A DNA stretch of 64,000 bases from Candidatus Pacearchaeota archaeon (lineage in GTDB: Archaea; Nanobdellota; Nanobdellia; Pacearchaeales; GW2011-AR1), in the NCBI GenBank assembly GCA_040879765.1, contig JBBDJQ010000002.1, forward strand, positions 5 to 64,004. Reading direction: 5' to 3'. The translations under genes and the position numbers were made by a program. Each line of letters starts with the position of its first letter. Positions within the stretch are counted from its first letter, which is position 1. The notes beneath the pieces are model-generated. The model saw only the letters and a program-made list of their open reading frames with translations, did no database searches and was not told where the DNA came from. Shown piece by piece: positions 1 through 9,301 of this stretch.

Positions 1-56
<56 letters not shown>

Positions 57-82
57 AATAATCCCAGGAATGCCTAACTAAT

Positions 83-229
83 TTATTTATTCAAGGTGCC
101 AATTCCAAAAAGGAGTACCAAAACAGCCCATAGGTAATTAAGTTGTCCTGACCAATCCATGAACTCAATTAGTCCCATAAGGATTCCAACAACGATAGCT
201 CCCCAGCCGAGAACTTCTTTTGAAAACAT
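83..229 (-). CDS. 48-aa two-TM membrane protein (MFSKEVLGWGAIVVGILMGLIEFMDWSGQLNYLWAVLVLLFGIGTLNK), not in the ORF track
   Basis: Manual translation; GGAGGTG SD motif just upstream of the ATG; two hydrophobic segments. Confidence 0.75.
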   Translation of the reverse strand: MFSKEVLGWGAIVVGILMGLIEFMDWSGQLNYLWAVLVLLFGIGTLNK

Positions 230-479
230 ATTCCCACCTCCGTTTAATCAAAATATACAAGAAAGACTTATTATTAAATCTTCCGAAAATGGTTGATTAT
301 GTTCTGCCGTGTCTATTTTTATTTATGAGCAAAAAGGTTTTATAGCATCATTGAACTTTATTGGATCTGCTCTTCCTATCTACACTCTTATTGAGGTATC
401 ATTTCTATATATTGGAGGCAAAGTTTATATCATCCATCATTTTATGCAACCTTAGTTAATTTACATAAATTTCTGCGTT

Positions 480-1220
480 CTATTTCACCTTTCTGAGTTC
501 TCCAAAATTGAAGATTTCTCCATCCTTCCCAATTGCATAAGCATTGAATTTTTTCAATTCTTTTTTAGGAATTATTGAAAATTCTTTGTCTGGGTCTTCA
601 TTTTTATAATCCATATTTACAGGAGTTCCCTCAATCATTCCAAAAAAACTTGGTAGGATCAAAACTTGTTTATTTTTATATTTCCCAACTAAAAAAGATT
701 TGTATTTTTCTTTTTTTATCCCCTCGTCATCCGATAGCAAAATGGAAGGATGCAAATGTCCTGTCACAAGTGTTTTTACCTCTTTAGAAAAAATCTCAGG
801 AAAAGATTTGTGCCCATGTAAAAAAGCAATTCCAGAATCAATATGGTAATCTTCCATTTTCTTTCCAGTAAAATCAAATGTGTCGTGGTTTCCTTTTATT
901 AAAATAACATCTTCTTCTTTAACATAATTTTTTAACAAATCTAAAACTTGATTAAAATAAAATTTTTCTCTCCACTCATATCCAAAATAATGTTTTAAAT
1001 CTCCAAGGAAGATAATTTTTTTTAAAGTATAATTTTTTGATTTTGCTCTATCAAGAATTTCTTTTATATTTTCAAGTAACTCTTTTATCTGTGTTTCGGG
1101 AACCATGAACCCAGAATCTCTTAGAGCTTGTTCATAGCCAATATGCAAATCTCCAAATGCTAAAATTCCTTGCTTAGGAAAAAATGCGGTCTTTTCTATA
1201 AAAATAAATTCGTTTTCCAT
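480..1220 (-). CDS. Calcineurin-like metallophosphoesterase (Lhr-associated MPE/ICC-like)
   Basis: GDLHIG, LGD, GNHD, HGH and GHLHP motifs; same operon as Lhr. Confidence 0.9.
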   Translation of the reverse strand: MENEFIFIEKTAFFPKQGILAFGDLHIGYEQALRDSGFMVPETQIKELLENIKEILDRAKSKNYTLKKIIFLGDLKHYFGYEWREKFYFNQVLDLLKNYVKEEDVILIKGNHDTFDFTGKKMEDYHIDSGIAFLHGHKSFPEIFSKEVKTLVTGHLHPSILLSDDEGIKKEKYKSFLVGKYKNKQVLILPSFFGMIEGTPVNMDYKNEDPDKEFSIIPKKELKKFNAYAIGKDGEIFNFGELRKVK

Positions 1221-1606
1221 TAATCCCCCAATCTCTGCAAAGCAATCTCTGCGCTTTCAACTATTTCTGGTTCGTTTGATTTAAGAAATTTTTCTATAAG
1301 AGGCTTAACAGATTTATCTCCAAGAGTCGCCAAAGCAAGAATTGCCTCGTGCCTTACAAAAATATTTTTATCTTTTTCGATTGCTTCTTTAAGGTAAGGA
1401 ATTGCTATTTTTGGTTTTGCAATTTCTCCTAATGAAAAAGCAAATTCATGTCTTACTATGGGGGATTCGTCGGTTAGCAAAGCTTTTCCTAAATTTCTTA
1501 AAGATTCCTCTTTAATAGCATCTTCTAGCTGAAAAGCTGCCTGAATTCTTTCTTCTTTACTCCTATTTTTATCTAAAACCGCTTCATCAAATTCTTCCTC
1601 ATTCAT
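1220..1606 (-). CDS. HEAT-repeat protein resembling one half of deoxyhypusine hydroxylase
   Basis: Two VRHE motifs 33 aa apart in HEAT repeats; start/stop overlaps with both neighbours. Confidence 0.8.
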   Translation of the reverse strand: MNEEEFDEAVLDKNRSKEERIQAAFQLEDAIKEESLRNLGKALLTDESPIVRHEFAFSLGEIAKPKIAIPYLKEAIEKDKNIFVRHEAILALATLGDKSVKPLIEKFLKSNEPEIVESAEIALQRLGD

Positions 1607-4254
1607 CTTCTTTTTCCTCTTCTAATATGTTTTATTTGTTTAAATGGGATGTTGACAGTTTCGCTTCCTTTATTTTCTATTATTTTAATATGCTCATCAT
1701 GCATCCTCTTAAGGAACTTTTGCCTGTCCTCAATCCTAATTAAATCACTATATCCTTGGATTATTAAATTTGTTGCAAAAGGAGAAGGCAAGGGAGTTTC
1801 GCGAATATTTATTTTTAATTTCTTTTCCTTCATCCAACTAATAACAAGTTTTGCATTTTCAATGTCCATCAAGTCTTCCATAACCTCTCTTCTTGCCTCC
1901 CTTAAAATTGGAAATTCGTTTGTAATTTTTTTTACGGCATGTAATAAAAAATGGCTTTTCATATGCTGTTTACCTGCAGTTTTACTCCTACCCTTATAAT
2001 TTCTTAAAATCATCAAAGATCTCCCAGCACAATGCCTAAATCTTCTTGCAAGAACATCTGTTTTTTCTATGGCTTCTTTTAAAACTTCTTCCAGATTATC
2101 TTTGTTTATGAATTTCAGAACCTTCTCAAAATTTTCTTCTTTAGCTGCTTCGCCAGCAATGTAGAATCCATTATCATTTATTCCTATTTCAACGTCTCTT
2201 TCTCCAGCGCGACCAAGTAGAAAACCAAAAGCTCTTGATAATGCATCATTTACTCTTCTCCCATAAGTTGTATGGAAAATCAAATAGTTCTTTTCGGATT
2301 TGTATTTCTCAACTAAGAGATTGTCTCCGTCTGGAATTTCTAAAAATTTATGTTGTTCATTAAAATAATTATATATTGAGTCTGCAGTTTCTTCTCTTAC
2401 ATAAAGTTCATTTCTAATTGTTTGCTTTATTTCTTCTTTCTTAGCTTTGTTCGTAAATTTTTCATTCATTAATTTTCTAAATTTTAAAATTTCTAAACCG
2501 GAATCAAAACTTAAGGGAAGCATTTCTGAAAACCAAGAGGGGATTGTTGGCGAGAGATGTTCTGCAGAGGCAACATAAAGGTTCATTCCTCGGGTGTATC
2601 TATAGAGGTATTTTTTTCCTCCAAGAACAAATACGTCTCCTTTTTTCATTCTTTCCAAAAAACCTTCATCAACAAATCCAATTGGAACTCCATCAGAAAG
2701 TTTTACAGTTATGAAAGATTCATCTGGAATAGTTCCAATGTTTGTTAAGTATAAAACTCTTGCAAGTCTTCCTTTCTTACCAATTTCCTGTGTTTCAGGA
2801 TCATACCAAATTTTCCCATATACATTATTGCTTTCTAATTCATATTCCCCCGCAAGATAACTGATCACATCATAGAAATCGTTTTTTGTTAAATCTTTAA
2901 AACAATAACTTTTCTTTATCGTTGAAAAAAGCTCATTTGCTTTCCAAATTTTATAAATAGCCATCCCAAAAATTTGCTGTGATAAAACATCTAAACAATT
3001 CCTTGGAAAAGAAATTCTATTTATCTTTTTCTCAATCATTTCTTTTTGTATTACCGAACATTCAACTAAATCATCTCGATCTAAAACAATGAATCTTCCT
3101 TTCGCAGTTTCATGAAGTTTATGTCCTGCCCTGCCCAATCTCTGTAATGCTCTGGAAGAAGATTTTGGAGAGCCCAACATTATAACCAAATCTATGTATC
3201 CTATATCTATTCCCATTTCTAAAGAGGTTGAACAAACCACAAGTTTTAGATTTCCTTTTCTCAATCTTTCTTCTATGTCAAATCGATGTTCTCTGCTTAA
3301 AGAAGAGTGGTGTGCTGCAATATTATCTTCACCATATTCTGTTGGGAACTTATCTTTTAAGTGACTCACAACACGTTCTGTTGCTGAACGAGTATTTGTA
3401 AAAATAACCGTTGTCTTATGTTCTTGAATTAATTTTGAAAGCAAATCATACATGCTTGTAGAAATATTTTTTCCTTCTATTAAATCCCTAACAGGAGTTA
3501 AAACATCTATGTCTATTTTTTTATTTAATGGCACGCGAACATATGAGACTTCACGATTTTTTTCCTCACCAACAAGATATTTTGAAACATCTTCTATTGG
3601 TTCTACAGTTGCTGAAAGCCCTATTTTAGAAGGAAAGCTTTCACTAACTTCGTTTAATCTTTCAAGAGTCAGACTTAGATATGTTCCTCTTTTGTTATCC
3701 ATTGCATGAATTTCATCAACAATGCAAAATTCAACATTCCTTAAGTTGTCCACAAATTTTTTACTTGTTAAGACAATTGCCAAGGATTCTGGAGTTGTCA
3801 CAAAAATGTGGGGGGGTTTTCTTGCCATCTTTGCTCTTTCTGCAATAGTGGTGTCTCCTGTTCTTAAACCAACACGAATTTCTTGTAATTTTAGCCCCCT
3901 CAATTTTGCTAGGATTTGAATTTCTTCCAGAGGTTCAATTAGATTTTTATGAACATCATTACTCAATGCTTTTAAGGGGGAAGTATAGACAGCATAAATC
4001 CTGTCTTCCAACTTTCCTTTATCCGCAAGAATTACAAGCTGATTAAGGATAGAAAGAAACGCTGTTAAGGTTTTTGTGCTTCCAGTTGGGGCAGAAATTA
4101 GTATGTTTTTCCTTTTCCAAATATTCATGACTCCATACTGCTGAGTAAGTGAAAGCTCCTTGAACTTTGAGAAGAACCATTCTTTTACAAGAGGATGTAA
4201 AACTTTCTTGATTTCGTCTACACTATGTTTTTCAGCAATTTTTACTTTAGTCAT
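1603..4254 (-). CDS. lhr: Lhr-family SF2 DEAH-box helicase
   Basis: PTGSTKT, SPLKAL, DEIH, SAT, HHSSL, QRLGRAGH, IPSWFSE and the Lhr C-terminal domain. Confidence 0.93.
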   Translation of the reverse strand: MTKVKIAEKHSVDEIKKVLHPLVKEWFFSKFKELSLTQQYGVMNIWKRKNILISAPTGSTKTLTAFLSILNQLVILADKGKLEDRIYAVYTSPLKALSNDVHKNLIEPLEEIQILAKLRGLKLQEIRVGLRTGDTTIAERAKMARKPPHIFVTTPESLAIVLTSKKFVDNLRNVEFCIVDEIHAMDNKRGTYLSLTLERLNEVSESFPSKIGLSATVEPIEDVSKYLVGEEKNREVSYVRVPLNKKIDIDVLTPVRDLIEGKNISTSMYDLLSKLIQEHKTTVIFTNTRSATERVVSHLKDKFPTEYGEDNIAAHHSSLSREHRFDIEERLRKGNLKLVVCSTSLEMGIDIGYIDLVIMLGSPKSSSRALQRLGRAGHKLHETAKGRFIVLDRDDLVECSVIQKEMIEKKINRISFPRNCLDVLSQQIFGMAIYKIWKANELFSTIKKSYCFKDLTKNDFYDVISYLAGEYELESNNVYGKIWYDPETQEIGKKGRLARVLYLTNIGTIPDESFITVKLSDGVPIGFVDEGFLERMKKGDVFVLGGKKYLYRYTRGMNLYVASAEHLSPTIPSWFSEMLPLSFDSGLEILKFRKLMNEKFTNKAKKEEIKQTIRNELYVREETADSIYNYFNEQHKFLEIPDGDNLLVEKYKSEKNYLIFHTTYGRRVNDALSRAFGFLLGRAGERDVEIGINDNGFYIAGEAAKEENFEKVLKFINKDNLEEVLKEAIEKTDVLARRFRHCAGRSLMILRNYKGRSKTAGKQHMKSHFLLHAVKKITNEFPILREARREVMEDLMDIENAKLVISWMKEKKLKINIRETPLPSPFATNLIIQGYSDLIRIEDRQKFLKRMHDEHIKIIENKGSETVNIPFKQIKHIRRGKRR

Positions 4255-4345
4255 TAGAAATCAACCTTATAGATAGAAATAATTAAAAATTAGGGTTTAA
4301 TAAATTTGCTGCAAGATTTAAAAGACTAAAAAACAATTAGATTTT

Positions 4346-4825
4346 ATGGAAAATAAAAGTGTAGGATATATTGTCCTTGGGATTGCTGTTTTGCTTATAA
4401 TAATAGTGGCACTTTTCAATTCTACCCTGAAGGAAATTGTTGAAGTCGGATGTGAAGTTGGACATGGAATTTCCTGCCCCATGTATGATTCCATAAACAA
4501 ACAAACCTACCTCTCTCTTGGAATTGTGGGATTCTTAATAATTCTTGGAATAGTATTAATCTTTACAAAGCCAAAGGAAAAAATAATTGTCAGAAAGGTT
4601 AAAGAAAAAAAGAAGAAGCTGGATGTTGGGAAACTTGATAAAAAAGAAAAGCAAATTATTGAAATTCTTGGAGATGAAAATGGAGCAATGTTTCAATCAG
4701 AACTCAAGGAAAAATTGGATGTTGGGAAGGTTGGTCTTACAAGACTTTTAGATAAACTAGAAGCAAAGCAATTGATAGAGAGAAAAAGAAGGGGAATGAA
4801 CAATATTGTTGTTTTGAAAAGTTAG
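4346..4825 (+). CDS. Membrane-anchored winged-HTH (MarR-like) regulator
   Basis: Two N-terminal TM helices with a CxxxHxxxC loop; C-terminal QSEL...LTRLLDKLE...ERKRRGMNN wHTH. Confidence 0.8.
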   Translation: MENKSVGYIVLGIAVLLIIIVALFNSTLKEIVEVGCEVGHGISCPMYDSINKQTYLSLGIVGFLIILGIVLIFTKPKEKIIVRKVKEKKKKLDVGKLDKKEKQIIEILGDENGAMFQSELKEKLDVGKVGLTRLLDKLEAKQLIERKRRGMNNIVVLKS

Positions 4826-4858
4826 AAAATTTTAAAAGTTAATAATCTATTTAGAGAT

Positions 4859-5506
4859 ATGCCATTCAAACTTTCTCCGTCTTCCTTGAATCTTATGAAA
4901 GAATGTCCTCGTTGTTTCTGGCTAACGCAGCATAAGGTGTGGAAAAGACCGACAGGGATTTTTCCAAGTCTTCCAAGTGGAATGGACAAAATTCTCAAAG
5001 AACATTTTAATAAATTTATGGATATTGGAGAGTTGCCTCCTGAATTGTACGACAATTCACATTGTGAAAATATGAAACTTTTTGACAACCATGAGATTCT
5101 TGCCATATGGCGAAGTAATTTTAAGGGAATCCAATGGGAAGATGGTAAAGGAAACATTCTCAGGGGTGCAGTTGATAATATATTAATGAAAGGAAAAAAA
5201 CTTATTGTGTTAGATTACAAGACAAGAGGCTATGCTTTAAAAGAAGATACTGCAGAACACTATCAAAATCAATTAGACATTTATAATTTCCTTCTAAGGA
5301 AAGCTGGCTATGAAACTGAAGATTACGCTTTCCTTTTATTCTATGTTCCTAGAGAAGTCACCAAAACCGGAGAGGTCATTTTTGATACGGAATTAGTAAA
5401 GATGAAGATTGATGTCAAAAATGCTGAAACAATATTTGAAAATGCAATAAGATTATTAAATTCTGATTGTCCTCAAAATAAATGTGAGTGGTGTGATGGA
5501 AGGTAA
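4859..5506 (+). CDS. PD-(D/E)xK RecB/Cas4-like nuclease
   Basis: LSPSSL..CPRC, GAVD, DYKT, QLDIY and C-terminal CxxxxCEWC. Confidence 0.85.
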   Translation: MPFKLSPSSLNLMKECPRCFWLTQHKVWKRPTGIFPSLPSGMDKILKEHFNKFMDIGELPPELYDNSHCENMKLFDNHEILAIWRSNFKGIQWEDGKGNILRGAVDNILMKGKKLIVLDYKTRGYALKEDTAEHYQNQLDIYNFLLRKAGYETEDYAFLLFYVPREVTKTGEVIFDTELVKMKIDVKNAETIFENAIRLLNSDCPQNKCEWCDGR

Positions 5507-5537
5507 AGAAAAATGCGATATCGGAATAATTAAAAAA

Positions 5538-6749
5538 TCACTGGATCTCAACACCCAATTTCTTAGAGCTTTCTTTTATCTCTTTTATTATTTTGTCTTT
5601 ATTTAGATTAAGCTCTTCTAATTTTTTCTCGGTTCTATCTTTCATATTTTTCAAATTTTCTATTTCGGATTTTAATTTCTCCCTCTTTGAATAAAGTTCA
5701 TTTGGTTTTTTTAGGAGAATTTCTTTTTTAATTTCATTTTCAAGATTAGAAATCTCCTCTTTTTTTGAATTAATGTTGCTTATTTTAATTGAAATAATAT
5801 TTTTATCATCAAGTTTTGCTTCTTTTATTAATTCAAAAATTGCCTTTCCATCATCCTTATGGAATGCCAACTCAAAATTGTTTTTGTATTCATTAACTAT
5901 ATGCATTTTTTCCTTAAATATATGATGAAAATTTCCTAAAACTTTAAAATCAACTTCCTTTCTTAAATCAAATACATCTTTGGATAATTTTTCTTTAAGG
6001 TTTTTCATATTTTCAGCCTTTTTTCGTAATTCAATGTATTTTTGGCTTTTCTTTATTCTTTCTTCTTCCTCAGAAACCTCTTTATCTTCATTTTGTCTAA
6101 TGCTTATTTCTTCATCAATAGATTTTACATCTTTCTTTATTTTTTTAATTTCTCTTTCCTTATTCTCAAGGAGATTAAGTTTTGACTTCATGGTATGGAG
6201 TCTTCTAAATCCATCAATAATATTCTTGTTTCTATCAAAAATTCCAATAATCCTACCATAAAAGTTTTTCAAAAGATTTCTTAAACTCGCCATTTCTTTC
6301 CCTATGAGAATTGTTGCCCTTTCATAGCTTTTGTATGATTTTTTATTAAATTCAGAAAAAATTGAGCTTATTTCATTAGCCACTTTTTCAAGGTTTTTGT
6401 TTTTAATACTTTTAAGACTTTCAATAAGATTTTCCAGCGATTCGATGTATTTTTTTCTCCCTTCCTCTGAAGCCCATTTAAACCTATCTTCAGCTTTTTT
6501 AGAATTAACATCAAACTCTTCAACAATTTTTATTTTTTCTTTGATATCCCCAGAGAACTCTTCTATTTCTTTTTTTATTTCTAAAAAAATCTCTCTTTCT
6601 TTTTCCTCATCTCCACTTATCTTAGATTCCACCCACTTTTCAAGGCCAAATAATGAAACCTTTTCTTTTTCAGGAATTATTTCGTTTTCAACTTTTATTT
6701 TACTAAATCTCTTTAAGAAATTAAATATTCTCATATCCAAATCAAACAT
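5538..6749 (-). CDS. Coiled-coil hypothetical protein
   Basis: 403-aa K/E-rich ORF. Confidence 0.75.
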   Translation of the reverse strand: MFDLDMRIFNFLKRFSKIKVENEIIPEKEKVSLFGLEKWVESKISGDEEKEREIFLEIKKEIEEFSGDIKEKIKIVEEFDVNSKKAEDRFKWASEEGRKKYIESLENLIESLKSIKNKNLEKVANEISSIFSEFNKKSYKSYERATILIGKEMASLRNLLKNFYGRIIGIFDRNKNIIDGFRRLHTMKSKLNLLENKEREIKKIKKDVKSIDEEISIRQNEDKEVSEEEERIKKSQKYIELRKKAENMKNLKEKLSKDVFDLRKEVDFKVLGNFHHIFKEKMHIVNEYKNNFELAFHKDDGKAIFELIKEAKLDDKNIISIKISNINSKKEEISNLENEIKKEILLKKPNELYSKREKLKSEIENLKNMKDRTEKKLEELNLNKDKIIKEIKESSKKLGVEIQ

Positions 6750-6799
6750 GAATTGATTAAAAGTGTTTTGATTTTTTTTAAAACAAGAAGGATTTAAAA

Positions 6800-6961
6800 T
6801 TGGTGGTTCTTAGGGGTTTTAAGGCAAACTTTCAAGAAAAAGTAACCTTCATGCGGGGTTTAGTGGCCTTGATACTTGGTAGCATTCCATGGGTTGCAGC
6901 GATAGTTTATCTACTTGTTGATTTATCAGGGATCTGGTTTTTAGTAAAGCTTTTTAGATGA
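6800..6961 (+). CDS. Small membrane protein, 36-53 aa depending on start (ATG at 6851)
   Basis: Manual translation MRGLVALILGSIPWVAAIVYLLVDLSGIWFLVKLFR; hydrophobic. Confidence 0.45.
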   Translation: MVVLRGFKANFQEKVTFMRGLVALILGSIPWVAAIVYLLVDLSGIWFLVKLFR

Positions 6962-7090
6962 AAGTTCTTTAATTATTTTTATTTTTATATTTTTCTTTAA
7001 ATAATTTGTTTGATTACATTTGTGGCTAAACTAACCTCATGTAACTAGTTTCACCAAAGTGATTAAATAAAAACTTTTTCTGTAAGAATC

Positions 7091-7726
7091 ATGAAAAGCA
7101 AAAAGTATGATGCTGAATTTTTAGCTCAGATAGGAGTTATAATTATTCTGATGATTTTGCTGGTTTATACATTAGGCCCTTCAAAAAATTTCGGAGGAAT
7201 AGGAGTTGTATCTGCTTCATCAATTGTTCCCATAGGAACTCCTGAGATTTACGGAGAGGAATTGGGAATAAAATACGACCATGTTTCTCCAGACAACCAA
7301 AAACTTGCCAATCAGGCAATAAATCTTTTGGGAAATATTGATCGTGTTGAAAAGTTGGAAGGAGAAGAACTCGAGAGATACATTGATATCCTTTACAATA
7401 TGCATGGAGGGATATCTTGTGAGTATTGTTGCGGAGCACGTTCTGTAATTTTTTCCAATGGAGATCCTGCTTGCGGATGCGCTCATAGTTATGCAATGAG
7501 AGGCTTGACAAAATACCTTATATTGAATCATCCGGAAATTTCTGATGAAGAAATTATGACAGAAATAGGGAAGTGGAAGGTTTTATTTTTCCCGGGCATA
7601 ATTGAAGGCAAGGCCCAGGTCATGGAAACTCTCGGAATTGAAACAGATTACATAAGTCTCACAACAAATAAATACAGAGGTATAGAGAAGGGGCAAACAC
7701 AAGGAGAGATGATAGGTTCATGCTAA
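7091..7726 (+). CDS. Membrane-anchored Cys-rich protein (CEYCCG...CGCAH; C-terminal MIGSC)
   Basis: N-terminal TM helix, Cys cluster, first gene of the metal cluster. Confidence 0.8.
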   Translation: MKSKKYDAEFLAQIGVIIILMILLVYTLGPSKNFGGIGVVSASSIVPIGTPEIYGEELGIKYDHVSPDNQKLANQAINLLGNIDRVEKLEGEELERYIDILYNMHGGISCEYCCGARSVIFSNGDPACGCAHSYAMRGLTKYLILNHPEISDEEIMTEIGKWKVLFFPGIIEGKAQVMETLGIETDYISLTTNKYRGIEKGQTQGEMIGSC

Positions 7727-7735
7727 TATTTTAAG

Positions 7736-7909
7736 ATGAAAAAAATAAAATTAGAAAGGAGAAAACTTTTGTTATGGATTTTTATAGGGATTCTTTTGCT
7801 TGCATTGGTTTATGCAGTCTTCCTCAAAGATACAGCAATTGTAAGCAGCGTTGGACCAGGATCAACACAAGCAGCTTCGGCATATAGTGGAATGGTCGGA
7901 GGCTGTTAA
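7736..7909 (+). CDS. 57-aa single-TM peptide ending MVGGC, not in the ORF track
   Basis: Manual translation; fills the gap between co-oriented genes with 9- and 3-nt spacers. Confidence 0.8.
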   Translation: MKKIKLERRKLLLWIFIGILLLALVYAVFLKDTAIVSSVGPGSTQAASAYSGMVGGC

Positions 7910-7912
7910 AAA

Positions 7913-8362
7913 ATGAAAAAAATTTATTTATTAATTTTTTCAGCAATGATAGTCCTTGCTGTTTTTTTTATTTTTAACGCAGAAAAAGTTGAAGGTACTG
8001 AAGCAGTATATTACAAATCAATTTCCTGCGGATGTTGTGATGCCCATTCAAAATATTTAAACTCTAAAGGATTTAGTGTAAAAGTAAATAATCTTCAGAG
8101 CATAGATTCAATCAAATCTGACTTTGGAGTCCCATATGAACTACGAAGTTGTCATACAGTAATTATTGATGATTATTTTGTTGAAGGACACATCCCTCTT
8201 GAAGCAATAAATAAACTTCTTGAAGAAAAACCCAATATTAGAGGAATTGCAATGCCTGGGATGCCATCAGGAAGCCCGGGGATGCCCGGAGCTAAAACAG
8301 GGTTCTTTAAAATATATTCTGTAAATCATGACGGAAGTTATGGGGAGTTTATGGAAATTTAA
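7913..8362 (+). CDS. DUF411/CopG-like metal-binding protein
   Basis: CGCC, SCHT, EGHIP and GMPSGSPGM motifs; N-terminal anchor. Confidence 0.88.
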   Translation: MKKIYLLIFSAMIVLAVFFIFNAEKVEGTEAVYYKSISCGCCDAHSKYLNSKGFSVKVNNLQSIDSIKSDFGVPYELRSCHTVIIDDYFVEGHIPLEAINKLLEEKPNIRGIAMPGMPSGSPGMPGAKTGFFKIYSVNHDGSYGEFMEI

Positions 8363-8363
8363 G

Positions 8364-8876
8364 ATGAATTCAAAATTTCTTTTTTTATTATTCCTGCCAA
8401 TTTTATCTATAGATCTTGTCTCAGCACATTGTCCCTTGTGCACCCTAGGTGCTGGAGCTGCGGCTGCTGGAGCAACCTGGGCAGGAATTAGCAAAGTTGT
8501 AGTAGGATTATTTGTGGGAGCCTTTGCCATATCTCTTGGAATGTGGTTTGCAAAGGCAATCAAGAAAAAATACATCCCTTTTCAAAAAACATTTATAGTC
8601 TTAATAATTTTCATTACTACTGTGTTTCCACTGCTTCCTATTTTTAGTGCTATCGGGCCTTTATATATTTCTTTCATAGGAGAATATGGAAAAACATATG
8701 CAATTGATTATTCTTTATTCAGCAGCATTCTCGGAGGGATTATTACATTTTCTTCACCCTACATAAGCAAAAACATCTCCAAAAGAAGGATGGGAAAAAT
8801 AATTCCTTTTCAGGGAGTGATAATCACCCTTGCCTCATTAATAATAATTGGAGGAGCTATTCAGGCATTCATATAA
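8364..8876 (+). CDS. Multi-TM protein with an HCPLC motif after a signal-like segment
   Basis: Start at MNSKF, 1 nt after the previous stop; hydrophobic. Confidence 0.8.
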   Translation: MNSKFLFLLFLPILSIDLVSAHCPLCTLGAGAAAAGATWAGISKVVVGLFVGAFAISLGMWFAKAIKKKYIPFQKTFIVLIIFITTVFPLLPIFSAIGPLYISFIGEYGKTYAIDYSLFSSILGGIITFSSPYISKNISKRRMGKIIPFQGVIITLASLIIIGGAIQAFI

Positions 8877-9301
8877 TGGAAATGATAATGTGGTCATTGA
8901 TAGGGATAACAGCATTGTTTTTTGTTTTATTGGCAATTAAATCATTTTTAAAATCCGAAAAATTTTGTGTAATTTGTTCTTCAGTTACGTTAACATGGAT
9001 TATGCTGCTAATATTGCATTTCATGGGGGTTTTTACAAATAAAATAATTATTGCGATTTTGATGGGGATGACTGCTTTAGGAATTTATTATGCATGGGAA
9101 AAGAAAACTAAAAATAAAAACCTGATTTTTAGATTGCCTTTGTTGTTAACGCTCATTTTTATCATATATTCTATTCTCAGCAAATTAGTTTTAGAAGGTT
9201 TGTATTTTATTATTATTTTATGGGGGTTTTTTATTTTAATTTATTTCTTTGAATTTAATAAATTTGCAAGAAAGCTTGTGGAGTGCTGCAAAAAATGGTA
9301 G
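8876..9301 (+). CDS. Multi-TM protein with CVIC and C-terminal CC
   Basis: TAATG overlap with the previous gene; hydrophobicity. Confidence 0.8.
   Translation: MEMIMWSLIGITALFFVLLAIKSFLKSEKFCVICSSVTLTWIMLLILHFMGVFTNKIIIAILMGMTALGIYYAWEKKTKNKNLIFRLPLLLTLIFIIYSILSKLVLEGLYFIIILWGFFILIYFFEFNKFARKLVECCKKW

Noticed and set aside
289..460. Possible small ORF between the 48-aa gene and the MPE gene
   Set aside because: Only short frames or frames without a credible start; no recognisable motif
575..4500. Short ORFs antisense to or overlapping MPE, lhr and the wHTH gene, and similar shadow ORFs across the window
   Set aside because: They overlap well-supported genes and have F/S/L/I-rich antisense-type composition
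4859..5506. CRISPR-Cas locus around the Cas4-like gene
   Set aside because: No repeat-spacer array or cas1/cas2 seen in the window
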